DNA of 64,000 bases, taken from positions 62,001-126,000 of the forward strand of contig NIVC01000202.1 of NCBI GenBank assembly GCA_002269645.1, given 5' to 3'. The notes under the pieces were generated by a model. That model searched no databases, was not told the origin of the DNA, and was given only the letters and a program-made list of their open reading frames with translations. Below are positions 12,306-23,019 of this stretch, in pieces; the first letter of the stretch is position 1; each line of letters opens with the position of its first letter. The stretch is from Macrostomum lignano. Its lineage: Eukaryota. The translations under genes were made by a program, and so were the position numbers.

Positions 12306-12694
12306 AGGGGGCCGTGTAGCCCAGTGGTCAAGCGCGGCGCTCTGGTGTGCCAGCGGCCCAGGCTCGATTCCAAGTGCAGTCAATATTAATTTGGAGCTAA
12401 ACTGGAATCTCGGCTTGGCTCTGCTCGTGCAATTAACGCCATTGAGAGCCAACCCCCCAAGGCACAGTGAAGTGTACATGCCTAACGATAAATAAAGCTA
12501 GGGCCGCTGTACACTCCTGTGTGTGTGTGCCTGTGCGTATGACTGCGTACGTATCCGCGCGCTTGTGTGCCTGCTCAGGGGAGTCGGCGGAATGGGCAGC
12601 AATGCCTCTCGCCGGTTGTGTGACAATGTCGCTTAAAGTGCGCCGGGTATACACAGCCCCTTGACTCTAATAAAAAGTAATAAAAAAACAAAAG
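12306..12694 (+). mobile_element. tRNA-derived SINE family A, copy 1
   Basis: A-box TAGCCCAGTGG, B-box GGCTCGATTCC and an A-rich tail. Body is shared with 32644-32975 and 54948-55318. Confidence 0.88.
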
Positions 12695-12701
12695 CCTGCA
12701 C

Positions 12702-13180
12702 ATGGATCATAACCTGCCTAAGTGTCTTGACTCCTATAGTCATAACCCCAAGGGTCACATGGGTCATAACCCGCCTGAGAGTCACAAGAGTCATAACCCG
12801 CCCGAGAGTCTCATGGGTCATAACCCGCCCGAGAGTCACATTAGTCATAACCTGCTCGAGAGTCACCTTGGTCATAACCCGCCCGAGAGTCTCATGGTTC
12901 ATAACCCGACCGAGAGTCTCATGGGTCATAACCCGCCCGAGAGTCTCATGGGTCATAACCCGCCCGAGAGTCTCATGGGTCATAACCCGACCGAGAGTCT
13001 CAAAGGTCATAACCCGACCGAGAGTCTCATGGGTCATAACCCGCCCGAGTGTCACATGGGTCATAACCCGCCCGAGAGTCTCATGGGTCATAACCCGCCC
13101 GAGAGTCTCATGGGTCATAACCCGCCCGAGAGTCTCATGGGTCATAACCCGCTTGAGAGTCACGTATGGATCATAACCCG
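12702..13180. repeat. 27-bp minisatellite GGGTCATAACCCGCCCGAGAGTCTCAT
   Basis: Tandem units; degenerate GGTCATA(A)C units also lie upstream of the SINE (~11890-12300). Confidence 0.96.
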
Positions 13181-14810
13181 CCAGCCACCAAAGCGAAATG
13201 TCTTTGTCTTGAAAATGGAAACTCTTACGCAATTAATGCGAGTCAAATACTTCTGGTTGAATTCAAAAACCTTTTACCAGCGTATATAACCGTATTTCAT
13301 TTTCTAAGAAAATGTTACCACCAATGTTACCAAAATTTACCACCGCGGCAACGGCAAACCTCTGGAATTTGTGAATTCCAATTGAAAAATATTCCCCAGG
13401 GATCCATTTGAAATCTGCACAGCTCTGGGACTGCAAAATATTAATGGGTAGTGGGGGGGGGTAAATTTTGGGCTGGAAGTGGCTGCTGACGCTGCAACTT
13501 CTTAGCCCTTCGTGTTTTTCAATAGAAACAGCAAGTAAAAAGCAAACTGTGTCAGCAAGAAGGCAGATACAATCCCTGCAAGGCGCGCCTCTTCTGGCAC
13601 CAATCCCCCACCCTCTCTCAGACTCCATTCAGATTGGGGATGTGGGTAGGGTAGGGTGGGCGGCCTCTTCACCAGGAAGTTGGTGGCATTTCCTCCCCAG
13701 ATTTGTTATAAATTGTCTCCTTCGCGCGGGAGGTGAAACACCCCCGGCTCCGCGGCTGCGGACAAGAAACACGCGAAGGATAAAAGACGTTTCTAATAGT
13801 AAAAGAGACTTATGCGGATAGGGAAAATGCAGACAAATTTGCCCCAAAAAACAGCAGCAAGAATCTGTGGAAATGCAATCGCTCGATTGGGGTGACCCGC
13901 AGCTTTTTGGACCCATAAATCACCAGACACCCGGTGGCTGCACTTAAGAGTTGGGTGGGGGGGGGGCAACTCCCAGAGACCTGATGAATTGATGGCACTG
14001 GCGAACTGATCCGCGCGTCTGCTCTCTCTCTCTCCGGTATTCCGCGCGCGTATTGGGTAAAATCGAGCCGGAATTTCCAGGAAACAACTGCCGCCTCCTC
14101 CGCCTCGATCGGTAAGTGTCTCCGCGTGAGAGCAACTTCAGCTGAACAAAATCAAGTCTGCCGTAGCTTTGGTGCTGCTTTTTTGTGAAAGAATCGCAGC
14201 AGCCCATTAAAATCCAGGCGTATCTGCCCGTGGCCTTTCCAGCCCCCCCCCCCTATTCGATAGCCTGTTTTGCTTCGCGGCTGAAATATTCTGCAGAAGA
14301 ATCAAACATATAAGAAGTGAAATCTGCTTCAACTGGTGGCGTCATTTTTCTGCTTCCCGTCTTCCTCGAATCGTGACAAAAAAGTGTTGCACGGATTTGA
14401 TGCTTGGGGGAACTGCTGGGTTCATCCGGAACTCGATAAGGCCAAAGCGAGGCTGTGCGGTGCGATTGGTGAATGCATTATGATTATGACTCCTCCAACA
14501 GCAGACAAAGAGGAGGAAAGCATGAAGACCAAAAAACCATATCATTTCTGTCAAAAAATTAACTGCCTTCCCTCATTTGCATCGATTTGCTAAGTTAACT
14601 ACTGACAGTAGTATGTGCGCATAATTCTGCACTTCACTACTACTGCGAGCGTAGCAATACAAGTACGAGCGCGTATATGGAAATGGAATTACATTTTTAA
14701 ATCACGTAATCTATCTAGTATTTATGTCAACAACCTTGTCTATATATATTTGTGTCCATATCTACATCTATATATCTACGATCGTATATCTATATCTATT
14801 TGGAGGAAAG

Positions 14811-14915
14811 AAGAGAAGAGGAGAGGAGAGGAGAGGAGAGGAGAGGAGAGGAGAGGAGAGAGAGGAGAGGAGAGGAGAGAAGAGGAGAGGAGAGGAGAGG
14901 AGAGGAGAGAAGAGG
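14811..14915. repeat. (GAGAG)n purine microsatellite
   Basis: Directly visible. Confidence 0.95.
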
Positions 14916-15348
14916 ACCACCCGAGGGCCGGTTAGAGAGAGGCTTTGCGGGCCGCATTAAGCGGACAAGTGGCCCAGGATCAAGGCAAGCTGCGACAGAG
15001 GGGCCCAGGTCTCACTCGCGAATTTACTCGCCGCTAACGCAAAAGTGCTCCATCGTGTGCAAACACGAACGAGTAGCGCTTCCTTGTTAGCATTTTCCAC
15101 TTGCAGCTTCCCCCGAAAGCTATTACTGCGATAGTGATGAGCTATTATTCAATACTTGAGGCGCACCCGTGCTATAAAAAACTCTTGCTTCTGCATTTCA
15201 GTCCTGATAGCTCTCCGAGAATATTCCAGCAAGAAGCTTTATCGACATGTTATCGAGAACACAGTTCCATACGAGCGTACTCGTAAAATCGAAGTTGTTT
15301 ACACTGTTTCTCAAACAGAAGGGCTGAGTTATTCGTCTGAGTGACTGT

Positions 15349-16302
15349 TCACGGGAGAGATGCAAAGAACTGGGAAATTTCTCGCTCTGTCATGGAGGCA
15401 TTGGCGATGGCTACGGCCTTGACGGTGGCTTTGAGGAAGTCTCCAGGATACCGGCGACCAACTTGAATCACGTAGCAGGGCCTGGGCGACATTAGGTTCG
15501 AGTACTTCGTCACGACAAAGGAGCCATTGAAGTAGAGATTGCAGTTCCTTTCAGACCGGCTCACTCCAATGTCGATCCAACTTTCCGCATTCATCGGAAG
15601 CACATTGGAAGTTACAAGTGCTTCAGGAACATTGTAGTACAGCAGTCCTGGATTGTCGAATTCCCACAAATGCGGACCCCATGTTGCCAGTCTGTCGCAC
15701 TGGCCGGCCTCCATGAACGGCTGGACTCTCGGCTGCCTCTTCAGCCGCAGCAGCCAGGTGAAGGAGCCCCCGTTCACTACGTTTCCCACATCCTCGGTCG
15801 CCGCGTACGAAGACGCCCCGTCGAACTTGGCTCCGTCCTCAGTCCAGTCCACGTTCTCGCTGTGCAGCCGGTAGTTGCTGGGCTCGGCCTGGCACACGAG
15901 GTTGTCGAACCGGCTGCCGCCTCCTGCCAGCCACGCAGCCACAAAGCGCGCACCGACCGACTCGGAGCAGCTCGACAGAGACGAGAAGCGGTACACGCTG
16001 CACCGGCTGTCGCTCGGAGACTCGGTCGCGTTGCGGGCCTGAATGTGCCGGCACACCGTCTGGTAGCGGAAGAGGCAGCACGCAGCGGTGCGCTCATTCC
16101 ACTGCGCAACCAGGTCTCCGGGACTGGCGCCCGCCTTCATCATGCAGGGCGCCACGCTGGGCGCCTTCCAGCAGCCTTGAGCGACGGTCTCGTTGAGGCA
16201 GCGGTCGCCGAGTTTGCACCACTTCGTCCTGCAGCCGGCGGAGACGGCTGTAACCACGAAGGTCAACAGAAGAATGACGCAGAGCCTTGAAGTCATCTTC
16301 AT
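15349..16302 (-). CDS. Intronless secreted protein (317 aa): signal peptide, Cys-rich N-domain, C-terminal LamG/concanavalin-like domain
   Basis: Hydrophobic N-terminus ending AVSA. LamG_3-type motifs: AKFDGASSY, FTWLLRLK, WIDIGV, LYFNG, IQVG, MTEREI. Full ORF with GC-rich codon usage. Confidence 0.85.
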   Translation of the reverse strand: MKMTSRLCVILLLTFVVTAVSAGCRTKWCKLGDRCLNETVAQGCWKAPSVAPCMMKAGASPGDLVAQWNERTAACCLFRYQTVCRHIQARNATESPSDSRCSVYRFSSLSSCSESVGARFVAAWLAGGGSRFDNLVCQAEPSNYRLHSENVDWTEDGAKFDGASSYAATEDVGNVVNGGSFTWLLRLKRQPRVQPFMEAGQCDRLATWGPHLWEFDNPGLLYYNVPEALVTSNVLPMNAESWIDIGVSRSERNCNLYFNGSFVVTKYSNLMSPRPCYVIQVGRRYPGDFLKATVKAVAIANASMTEREISQFFASLP

Positions 16303-16563
16303 TTTTGTATTAAGTAGACTTTTACGTTGCTAGTGGTGTGCTTATTTCTTGAGTGATAAAATTCTCCTTATTTAAACACGTAATGCGAGTGTATTTTTCC
16401 TGTTTTAGTCAGCATATGTACACTGCACAGGTATGAAAGCCATTGGTTGTTGGCTATCGGACTTAAACAAGTGTAATAAAAACATTGAAAAATGCTGTCA
16501 TTGGATACGATCGCGAGTAGTTACTCATCAGTGATGGTTTTTCGATTCTACAATGTACGCAGC

Positions 16564-16671
16564 TGCCACAACAGAATATACACAGAATGCCGATTCGAGC
16601 ATTTTTTTTAAAAAATCGGTGCAAGAATTGAAATCACACCACGATTTGGCATTCTGTGTATATTCTGTGGC
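16564..16671. repeat. Short inverted repeat / mini-MITE (perfect 20-bp arms)
   Basis: CAGAATATACACAGAATGCC (16572-16591) and its exact reverse complement (16648-16667). Confidence 0.75.
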
Positions 16672-16749
16672 TGTCACTTTGTGGCCGATTTCAGCTCCCT
16701 CAAAAGACGTCTCTCTATCAGGGATGCCAATACGGAATTCCGGGAGAGC

Positions 16750-17230
16750 CAAAAGAGTGCCAACTGGGAGGCCAAGTGCCTGCTGTTTCTGCCCTGGTCT
16801 GGTCTCTGGCGGCCAACTCGTGAGGCGGAGGAGGCTCTGGTGGCTGTCTACCTGCAGCGGCAACAGGCCGCTGTTGACAACGCCATTCAGGCCGTCACCG
16901 CCGCTGGACCCGACGCCAAATGGTGCGGGGTCTGGTCCGTCATCAACGCTCTGACCGGGCGGAAACTGCGCATCCCGCTCAACCTGGCTTGGCGATACTC
17001 CGGATGAACGCCATCGTCAACGCACCGCCGCCCCCGCTGCCAAACGATCTGAGGCTGCCGCCGGGGACGCCGTTGCCGGCAGAGGAGAGTTTTAATGTAG
17101 CCCCAGTCAGCACAGCCGACGCTGTGATGCTCGCCTTGAGGACACCGGGCGGCAAGCGCTAGGTCCGGACGAGTTGCCCATGGAGGCGCTGCGACTCCAC
17201 TTTGTGGCTAGCTAGGTCGCCAGGATTCTA
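16750..17230 (+). pseudogene. Decayed non-LTR retrotransposon ORF2 fragment (linker and start of RT domain; RTE-like by inference)
   Basis: VWSVINALTGRK linker motif, then after frameshifts K-A-L-G-P-D-E-L-P-M-E-A-L-R (non-LTR KAPGPDGxPxExLK motif). In-frame stops are present. Confidence 0.65.
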
Positions 17231-17356
17231 TGTTAATTTTTTATTCCAGCTGAGGCGGCTCCAGCGTGTTTGGCTACGCCGATCTCGCCCTGCTGTCCTC
17301 GACCTTCGAGGGCGCCCAGTGCCAGCTGGACCGGCTGGTGAGCGTTGCAGCGAGCG

Positions 17357-17553
17357 GTTGGTTGTAGGAACGCCCCGAAGACGTATCCAATTCATTCTTG
17401 ATCCTCTTAGAAGCTCGTTTCTACAAAAACAGTGAATCTAATAGAAAGTCTTCTACTCATTATTTACATGTATTATTTATTCATTTTGTAGAAACGAGCT
17501 TCTTAGAGGATCAAAAATGAATTGGATACGTCTGCGGGGCGTTCCTAAAACCA
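17357..17553. repeat. Fold-back inverted repeat with ~70-bp arms (MITE-like)
   Basis: 17357-17429 is the reverse complement of 17484-17553 with few mismatches. Confidence 0.85.
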
Positions 17554-18450
17554 AAAAATACCTATTGGAGACGTCTAACTTTCTATTGGATACCGTTAAT
17601 CAGAAAGTCTGGAGAATGGGCAACTCAACAACACCTGGCGGCTAGCTTCCCATTGGCAATAGTAGCTGAAAGCCCAAAACTCAAAAGGGTAAAGCGCAGT
17701 CTAGTCTTGAGCTAGGAATATTTATTAATTAATTTAATAGCAGGCGGTGTTGACACAGGCTTTGGGGGGTCGTACATGTACAGGCTTTGGGGTGTGCATG
17801 ACTTGCAATGTACGTACATGTACGTTTTAACCCATCAGAATGGGGGAAAGGTGGCTTGAGGCAAAGTGGGCAGGTGCAATAGGCGATCATGAGTGTAAGA
17901 AATAGTAAAGACGGGCAATGATATAAAAACATTTTACTCTTCAAACCAGATACGTAATTTTGCTATTCGGGATATGTTTACATGTAGATCGAGAGTAAAA
18001 TACAAATAATAGGAGTTAAATTGTAAATTATTTACTTTTTCATAGTTTAAGTACTAATTAGTCTTAGCTAGTCAATTTTATATATTTTGAAGAAGTAATT
18101 TACTGCTTTATAAATATTTTAATCGAACATTGCAACTTTGCAAAGATTGTCTGAAATTTTGTTGCAAAAGCAAAACTCGTGATGCACACGTTTTGTGAAT
18201 GTGTTTAAACAATTTTTATCTACTTATTTTTAACATAAATTTTATAACAACATATTAGGACGATAGTTTTATTTTTAAAAATATTTTTATGTTTCAAATT
18301 ATATACTTTCGTTTCTTGTCAAAGCATATTGATTGATCACCATATGAACCAAAATGCCTTAATACATATTAATTTAATTTACGAGATTACAGATTTTATA
18401 CATTGCTATTTTGTTTTTAGAAGGCAACAGAATAATAATATACAGAAACC

Positions 18451-18591
18451 ATGTTTGAAGACGAGGAGGAAGAAACTAACAGCGCTGAGGGAGAGGCAGA
18501 GAATGAGCAGCAAGCCGACGAGGAAGGCGAAGAAGCCGAAGAAAGAGAGGGAGAGGAGGAAGAAGAAGCAAAAGTCGAAGAAGAGGAAGAG
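18451..18591 (+). CDS. LRRC23: LRRC23 exon 1 (acidic N-terminus)
   Basis: ATG at 18451, Glu-rich, GTAAG donor at 18592; phase 0 joins EFPANPLTEEMM. Confidence 0.85.
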
Positions 18592-19377
18592 GTAAGATGC
18601 TATTTAGGATTTATTAAGTTAAAAAATGTTTTTTAGGTAAAAATGTTGCTTTTGATTTGGTCTTCTCGAAAAATTCCTCAGAGCCTGTTAATATATTTCC
18701 TTAATTCATAGTGAAAAGTATATTCCATAAATTGATGACTAAACCACTGAAGTTAGCTCGTCTTTAATCGATAATTATTAAAGAACAATAAGAAATAAAT
18801 CAATATTCAAGAACTTTAAATGGTAGCATAAAGATATTCTCTGTTAAAAATCTGTGTCTTTGTATTTTTGATGACCTATTAATGACATAAGTTTAACTCA
18901 AATAGTTCCTGTGCATTTAAAGGCCAGTTTTAATAATACATTACTCGTACCATTGCTCCAATAACCATTTGCACAATAACTTCTACTCTATATTTAATTT
19001 GGTTTCTGGGATCGCAAAAAATCTAGCTACAATTATTGATGCCTAAGTAGTTTATGCTATTTTGCAAATAGAAGCAGCCTGGTTTGAAGTTTCTTGAATT
19101 GTTAGACTGCTTATAAGAGTTAGAAAAGGTAAATTTAAACTAAACTTCTAGCTTTCTGTACAGTTAAGACGAAAATAGCTTAAAAGGTTTGTTTTGTAGG
19201 AAAAGCGTTTATTTAAAAAAAGCAAAAATTATATAGGGCCTATTAAAGTTGATATCTTAAAGCTATATTTATAATTTATCTGAATTTATTGTTTTTTTCT
19301 AATAACAAGACCGTATGTTAATGTAAAATATTTGACAAGTAAACAACTAAAATAATTTTGCCTCCCATTTGCAACAG

Positions 19378-19490
19378 GAATTCCCAGCAAACCCGCTTAC
19401 AGAGGAGATGATGCCCGAATGTATTTCGCTGCTTTGCAAGATCGGCAGCGGACTGGCGCACGCCTACGTAAAGCTGGACTGCAAGGGGCG
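19378..19490 (+). CDS. LRRC23: LRRC23 exon 2
   Basis: EFPANPLTEEMMPECISLLCKIGSGLAHAYVKLDCKGR matches LRRC23 PLTEDMMKEGLSLLCKTGNGLAHAYVKL; cag and gtgag boundaries. Confidence 0.95.
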
Positions 19491-19589
19491 GTGAGTTGCG
19501 CCAGAGCCAGAGCAGAATCAGGGAGCTGCGGGGCCGCTGAAGAATGATGGCGGTGGAAAGGGGGGTGGTGAGCAGCAGCACTCCCTGAA

Positions 19590-22390
19590 GAGTCGGAGGG
19601 AGGCAGATGAGCAGCGGCACTCCCTGAAGAGTCGGGGGGAGGCAGGTGAGCAACTGAGGAGAGTCGGGGGGAGGCAGGTGAGCAACTGAGGAGAGTCCGG
19701 GGGAGGCAGGTGAGCAGCTGAGGAGAGTCGGGGGAGGCAGGTGAGCAACTGAGGAGAGTCGGGGGAGGCAGGTGAGCAACTGAGGAGAGTCGGGGGGAGG
19801 CAGGTGAGCAACTGAGGAGAGTCCGGGGGAGGCAGGTGAGCAACTGAGGAGAGTCGGGGGGAGGCAGGTGTGCAACTGAGAGTCGGGGGGAGACAGGTGA
19901 GCAACTGACAGTCGGGGGAGGCAGGTGAGCAACTGAGGAGAGTCCGGGGGAGGCAGGTGAGCAACTGAGGAGAGTCGGGGGGAGGCAGGTGTGCAACTGA
20001 GGAGAGTCGGGGGGAGGCAGGTGAGCAACTGAGAGTCGGGAGAGGCAGGTGAGCAACTGAGGAGAGTCCGGGGGAGGCAGGTGAGCAACTGAGGAGAATC
20101 GGGGGGAGGCAGGTGAGCAACTGAGGAGAGTCCGGGGGAGGCAGGTGAGCAACTGAGGAGAGTCCGGGGGAGGCAGGTGAGCAACTGAGGAGAGTCGGGG
20201 GGAGGCAGGTGTGCAACTGAGAGTCGGGGGAGAGGTGTGCAACTGAGAGTCGGGGGAGCAGGTGAGCAACTGAGGAGAGTCCGGGGGAGGCAGGTGAGCA
20301 ACTGAGGAGAGTCCGGGGGAGGCAGGTGAGCAACTGAGGAGAGTCGGGGGGAGGCAGGTGAGCAACTGAGGAGAGTGCGGGGGAGGCAGGTGAGCAACTG
20401 AGGAGAGTCCGGGGGAGGCAGGTGAGCAACTGAGGAGAGTCGGGGGGAGGCAGGTGTGCAACTGAGAGTCGGGGGGAGACAGGTGAGCAACTGAGAGTCG
20501 GGGGAGGCAGGTGAGCAACTGAGGAGAGTCCGGGGGAGGCAGGTGAGCAACTGAGGAGAGTCGGGGGAGGCAGGTGAGCAACTGAGGAGAGTCCGGGGGA
20601 GGCAGGTGAGCAACTGAGGAGAGTCCGGGGGTGGCAGGTGAGCAACTGAGGAGAGTCGGGGGGAGGCAGGTGTGCAACTGAGAGTCGGGGGGAGACAGGT
20701 GAGCAACTGACAGTCGGGGGAGGCAGGTGAGCAACTGAGGAGAGTCCGGGGGAGGCAGGTGAGCAACTGAGGAGAGTCGGGGGAGGCAGGTGTGCAACTG
20801 AGGAGAGTCGGGGGGAGGCAGGTGTGCAACTGAGAGTCGGAGGGAGACAGGTGAGCAACTGAGAGTCGGGGGAGGCAGGTGAGCAACTGAGGAGAGTCCG
20901 GGGGAGGCAGGTAAGCAACTGAGGAGAGTCGGGGGAGGCAGGTGAGCAACTGAGGAGAGTCGGGGGAGGCAGGTGAGCAACTGAGGAGAGTCCGGGGGAG
21001 GCAGGTGAGCAACTGAGGAGAGTCCGGGGGAGGCAGGTGAGCAACTGAGGAGAGTCCGGGGGAGGCAGGTGAGCAACTGAGGAGAGTCCGGGGGAGGCAG
21101 GTGAGCAACTGAGGAGAGTCGGGGGGAGGCAGGTGAGCAACTGAGGAGAGTCCGGGGGAGGCAGGTGAGCAACTGAGGAGAGTCCGGGGGAGGCAGGTGA
21201 GCAACTGAGGAGAGTCCGGGGGAGGCAGGTGAGCAACTGAGGAGAGTCGGGGGGAGGCAGGTGTGCAACTGAGGAGAGTCGGGGGGAGGCAGGTGTGCAA
21301 CTGAGAGTCGGAGGGAGACAGGTGAGCAACTGAGAGTCGGGGGAGGCAGGTGAGCAACTGAGGAGAGTCGGGGGGAGGCAGGTGTGCAACTGAGGAGAGT
21401 CGGGGGGAGGCAGGTGTGCAACTGAGAGTCGGAGGGAGACAGGTGAGCAACTGAGAGTCGGGGGAGGCAGGTGAGCAACTGAGGAGAGTCCGGGGGAGGC
21501 AGGTGAGCAACTGAGGAGAGTCCGGGGGAGGCAGGTGAGCAACTGAGGAGAGTCGGGGGAGGCAGGTGAGCAACTGAGGAGAGTCCGGGGGAGGCAGGTG
21601 AGCAACTGAGGAGAGTCCGGGGGAGGCAGGTGAGCAACTGAGGAGAGTCCGGGGGAGGCAGGTGAGCAACTGAGGAGAGTCGGGGGAGGCAGGTGTGCAA
21701 CTGAGAGTCGGGGGGAGACAGGTGAGCAACTGAGAGTCGGGGGAGGCAGGTGAGCAACTGAGGAGAGTCCGGGGGAGGCAGGTGAGCAACTGAGGAGAGT
21801 CCGGGGGAGGCAGGTGAGCAACTGAGGAGAGTCGGGGGGAGGCAGGTGTGCAACTGAGAGTCGGGGGAGACAGGTGAGCAACTGAGGAGAGTCCGGGGGT
21901 GGCAGGTGAGCAACTGAGGAGAGTCAGGGGGAGGCAGGTGAGCAACTGAGGAGAGTCGGAGGGAGGCAGGTGAGCAACTGAGGAGAGTCGGGGGGAGGCA
22001 GGTGTGCAACCGAGGAGAGTCGGGGGAGGCAGGTGAGCAACTGAGGAGAGTCGGGGGGAGGCAGGTGAGCAACTGAGGAGAGTCGGGGGGAGGCAGGTGA
22101 GCAACTGAGGAGAGTCGGGGGAGGCAGGTGAGCAACTGAGGAGAGTCGGGGGAGGCAGGTGTGCAACTGAGAGTCGGGGGGAGACAGGTGAGCAACTGAG
22201 AGTCGGGGGAGGCAGGTGAGCAACTGAGGAGAGTCGGGGGGAGGCAGGTGAGCAACTGAGGAGAGTCCGGGGGAGGCAGGTGAGCAACTGAGGAGAGTCG
22301 GGGGAGGCAGGTGAGCAACTGAGGAGAGTCCGGGGGAGGCAGGTGAGCAACTGAGGAGAGTCGGGGGGAGGCAGGTGAGCAGCGGCACTC
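19590..22390. repeat. ~29-33 bp minisatellite GGGGGAGGCAGGTGAGCAACTGAGGAGAGTC(C) in LRRC23 intron 2
   Basis: Tandem units; source of the 787-1034 aa antisense ORFs. Confidence 0.98.
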
Positions 22391-22486
22391 AGAGGTCAAG
22401 GTGGCTAAGAAGCTGAAAGCAGAGGCGGCCCAAGTCAGCGCTAGAAAGTCATTAAAAATCGCAACATCCCGCCGCAAAAAATCCAG

Positions 22487-22740
22487 TGAGCTGACGAACA
22501 TCGAGCTGCTTCAGCGGTACGTTCATCTGAGATACGTTGACCTGTCCAACAACCACATCAAGGACATCTCACCATTGAGCAACCTGACTGAGCTGCTCAC
22601 GCTGAAGTGCGAGAACAATGCCCTAGCATCCGGGGAGCTAGCCCAGCTGCCGTACCTTCAGTACCTGAACCTCAACAACAACAAGATCTCCTCATTCCAG
22701 GGCATCAACCATCCACTGCTGGAGCACCTGTCACTCAACT
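22487..22740 (+). CDS. LRRC23: LRRC23 exon 3 (LRRs)
   Basis: ELTNIELLQRYVHLRYVDLSNNHIKDISPLSNL...HPLLEHLSLN; phase-consistent ag/gt. Confidence 0.96.
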
Positions 22741-23019
22741 GTGAGTAAAAGCCAAATTAGCAATTAGCGTATTTCTAATCGAAGGAATTCAATGCCATTC
22801 TGCCTCCTGGCGAAGTAAGATCTCAAATTATTGACAAAGTTCAATAATTATTTACTGCCTCATTAGTCACGATTAGCCAAGTCGCATTTTCTTGATTGAA
22901 TTCTGTTTTTTCATCTGCCTCTGCTTTTGCCTCACTGTGTTGGTTAATGTAACACTTGCGGGAAATTCCATGACCAAAGAGGAAGAAGAAAAATAGGAGA
23001 CTCCATGACAAACATACGA

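Noticed and set aside
12702-13289. 195-aa MGHNPPESL-repeat ORF
   Set aside because: The 27-bp unit is open in several frames, there is no signal or domain, and it lies next to a SINE.
19318-22501. 787-1034 aa ORFs on the - strand
   Set aside because: They are translations of the ~32-bp minisatellite, open in several frames, and lie antisense within LRRC23 intron 2.
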